Shown here piece after piece: positions 44,993 through 46,383 of a DNA stretch of 46,383 nucleotides (the stretch's first letter is position 1; every line of letters begins with the position of its first letter). Source of the DNA: Spirochaetota bacterium (GTDB taxonomy: Bacteria; Spirochaetota; UBA4802; UBA5550); the NCBI GenBank assembly GCA_050298055.1, contig JBNKTL010000007.1, positions 1 to 46,383 on the forward strand, given 5' to 3'. A program made the translations under genes and the position numbers. The notes beneath the pieces were generated by a model. The model saw only the letters and a list, made by a program, of their open reading frames with translations. It did not search any database and had not been told where the DNA came from.

Positions 44993-46383
44993 ATGTTTAA
45001 AAACAGATCACTTTGCGGCGATCTTTCTCCCGAAGACGTGGGCAAAAAAGTTTCTGTGGCCGGCTGGGTCGACAGGAAAAGAGACCTCGGGGGAATCCTA
45101 TTTCTTGAACTGAGAGATATTACTGGTGTAATGCAGGTTGTCTTCGACTCATCCAAGTCGAAAGAGAACGCGGAAATTGCAGACCAGACCAGAAGCGAGT
45201 ATGTCCTTTATATCGAAGGTAATATCCGGATGAGATCGGATGAGACAATAAATCCAAATATTCCCACAGGGAGAATTGAGATCGATGCAGATACAATAAC
45301 AATCCTCAATAAATCAAAGGTCCCGCCCTTTCCCATTGATACCCGGGACAACCTCAGCGAGGAGGTCAGCCTGAGATACAGGTACCTGGACCTCCGAAGG
45401 GAACCCATGAAGGAATCGATCATCAAAAGACACAGGCTCATGCAGGCGGTGAGAAATTACCTCTCCGGCAACAGGTTTTACGAGATCGAGACCCCCATGC
45501 TCAACAAGTCAACACCGGAAGGGGCCCGGGACTTCATCGTGCCAAGTCGTATCAGCAGGGGCGAGTTTTACGCTCTTCCCCAGTCCCCCCAGCTCTTCAA
45601 ACAGATCCTCATGGTGTCGGGTTTTGACCGCTACTTTCAGATCGTGAAGTGTTTCAGGGACGAGGACCTGAGAAATGACAGGCAGCCGGAATTTACGCAG
45701 ATCGATATGGAACTCTCATTCACCACACCTGATATAGTCATAGAAATCATTGAAGGTCTGCTGAAAGAATCTGTCAAAGTGGTCCTTGAAAGGGAGATAA
45801 AAATTCCCTTCCGGAGGCTCACCTACAAAGAGGCCATGGACAGGTTCGGGACCGATGCACCGGACACGAGGTTCGGACTGGAACTGGTAGAATGCAGCGA
45901 TATTTTTACGAATTCGGAATTCAAGATATTCTCCTCGGCCCTTACCAAAGGGGGAATCATCAAAGGGTTTGCCGTCTGGGACGAGGGAAAGATATCGAGA
46001 AAGATGATCGATGATTATACGGACCATGTGCGGGTCTACGGGGCAGGGGGGTTCCCCATGTTCAGGTATAACGACGGCTCTTTCGAAGGGGGGATAGCAA
46101 AATTCCTCAGCGAGGATGAGAAAGCCGCTCTTACCGAGCGTTTCGGCCTCAAGGGACAGGCAGTTCTCTTCTTCTCGGTAGATAAAAAAAGCGTGGTAAA
46201 TTTTACCCTGGCGAACATGAGGGTGAAAATTGCCGGGGACCTTGGTCTTATTGACGACGATAAACTGAACTTTGTCTGGGTAACGGACTTTCCCCTCTTC
46301 GAATATGATCACGCCGAAAGGGCGGTTGCCGCTGTTCGGGAGGCGGTGGGCAACAGAGCCGATATCTGCATCGGCACCCACGG
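44993..46383 (+). CDS. aspS: Aspartate--tRNA ligase, partial (open to the window end; absent from ORF track)
   Basis: GAGG RBS, MFKNRSLCG..AGWVDRKRDLGG, LRYRYLDLRR, IETPML.KSTPEGARDF, YALPQSPQLFKQ, CFRDEDLR.DRQPEFTQID, WVTDFPLFE; last ~75 bp do not look like AspRS. Confidence 0.95.
   Translation, partial: MFKNRSLCGDLSPEDVGKKVSVAGWVDRKRDLGGILFLELRDITGVMQVVFDSSKSKENAEIADQTRSEYVLYIEGNIRMRSDETINPNIPTGRIEIDADTITILNKSKVPPFPIDTRDNLSEEVSLRYRYLDLRREPMKESIIKRHRLMQAVRNYLSGNRFYEIETPMLNKSTPEGARDFIVPSRISRGEFYALPQSPQLFKQILMVSGFDRYFQIVKCFRDEDLRNDRQPEFTQIDMELSFTTPDIVIEIIEGLLKESVKVVLEREIKIPFRRLTYKEAMDRFGTDAPDTRFGLELVECSDIFTNSEFKIFSSALTKGGIIKGFAVWDEGKISRKMIDDYTDHVRVYGAGGFPMFRYNDGSFEGGIAKFLSEDEKAALTERFGLKGQAVLFFSVDKKSVVNFTLANMRVKIAGDLGLIDDDKLNFVWVTDFPLFEYDHAERAVAAVREAVGNRADICIGTH

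Noticed and set aside
45716..46381. 221-aa minus-strand ORF
   Set aside because: Antisense to aspS, which the track missed because it has no stop in the window.

Overview
Bacterial chromosomal window from a probably anaerobic, diderm organism. The evidence is two 2-oxoacid:ferredoxin oxidoreductase (OFOR) clusters, TolC/RND genes and many lipoproteins; the lineage cannot be fixed from the sequence alone. In order it carries: a rhomboid protease, a small lipoprotein, a VWA protein, a coiled-coil OmpA/MotB protein with a lipoprotein, a four-subunit OFOR operon, dacB, a candidate 6S-like structured RNA, two small ORFs, a TolC+RND pair, a Liv-type ABC transporter with two acyl-CoA synthetases and a nucleotidyltransferase cassette. 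A large amino-acid catabolic region follows (putA, pcd/ALDH7, recQ, cysteine hydrolase, lat with a second OFOR, kbl, tdh), then two internally deleted mini-genes, a PhnO-like GNAT and a partial aspS whose last ~75 bp look chimeric. The most notable signals are: (1) a dispersed system of short-period (7/8/9/10-bp) repeat modules that are chained via AAGAG junctions, nested as inverted pairs and positioned next to accessory genes; (2) a six-copy MITE-like family with GTAACTACTCAGCTATA ends; (3) a lat-OFOR(alpha)-OFOR(beta-gamma) operon plus pcd, suggesting ferredoxin-linked lysine/2-oxoadipate oxidation; (4) an unannotated rod-like ncRNA candidate. All family calls come from motif recognition; no database search was run.
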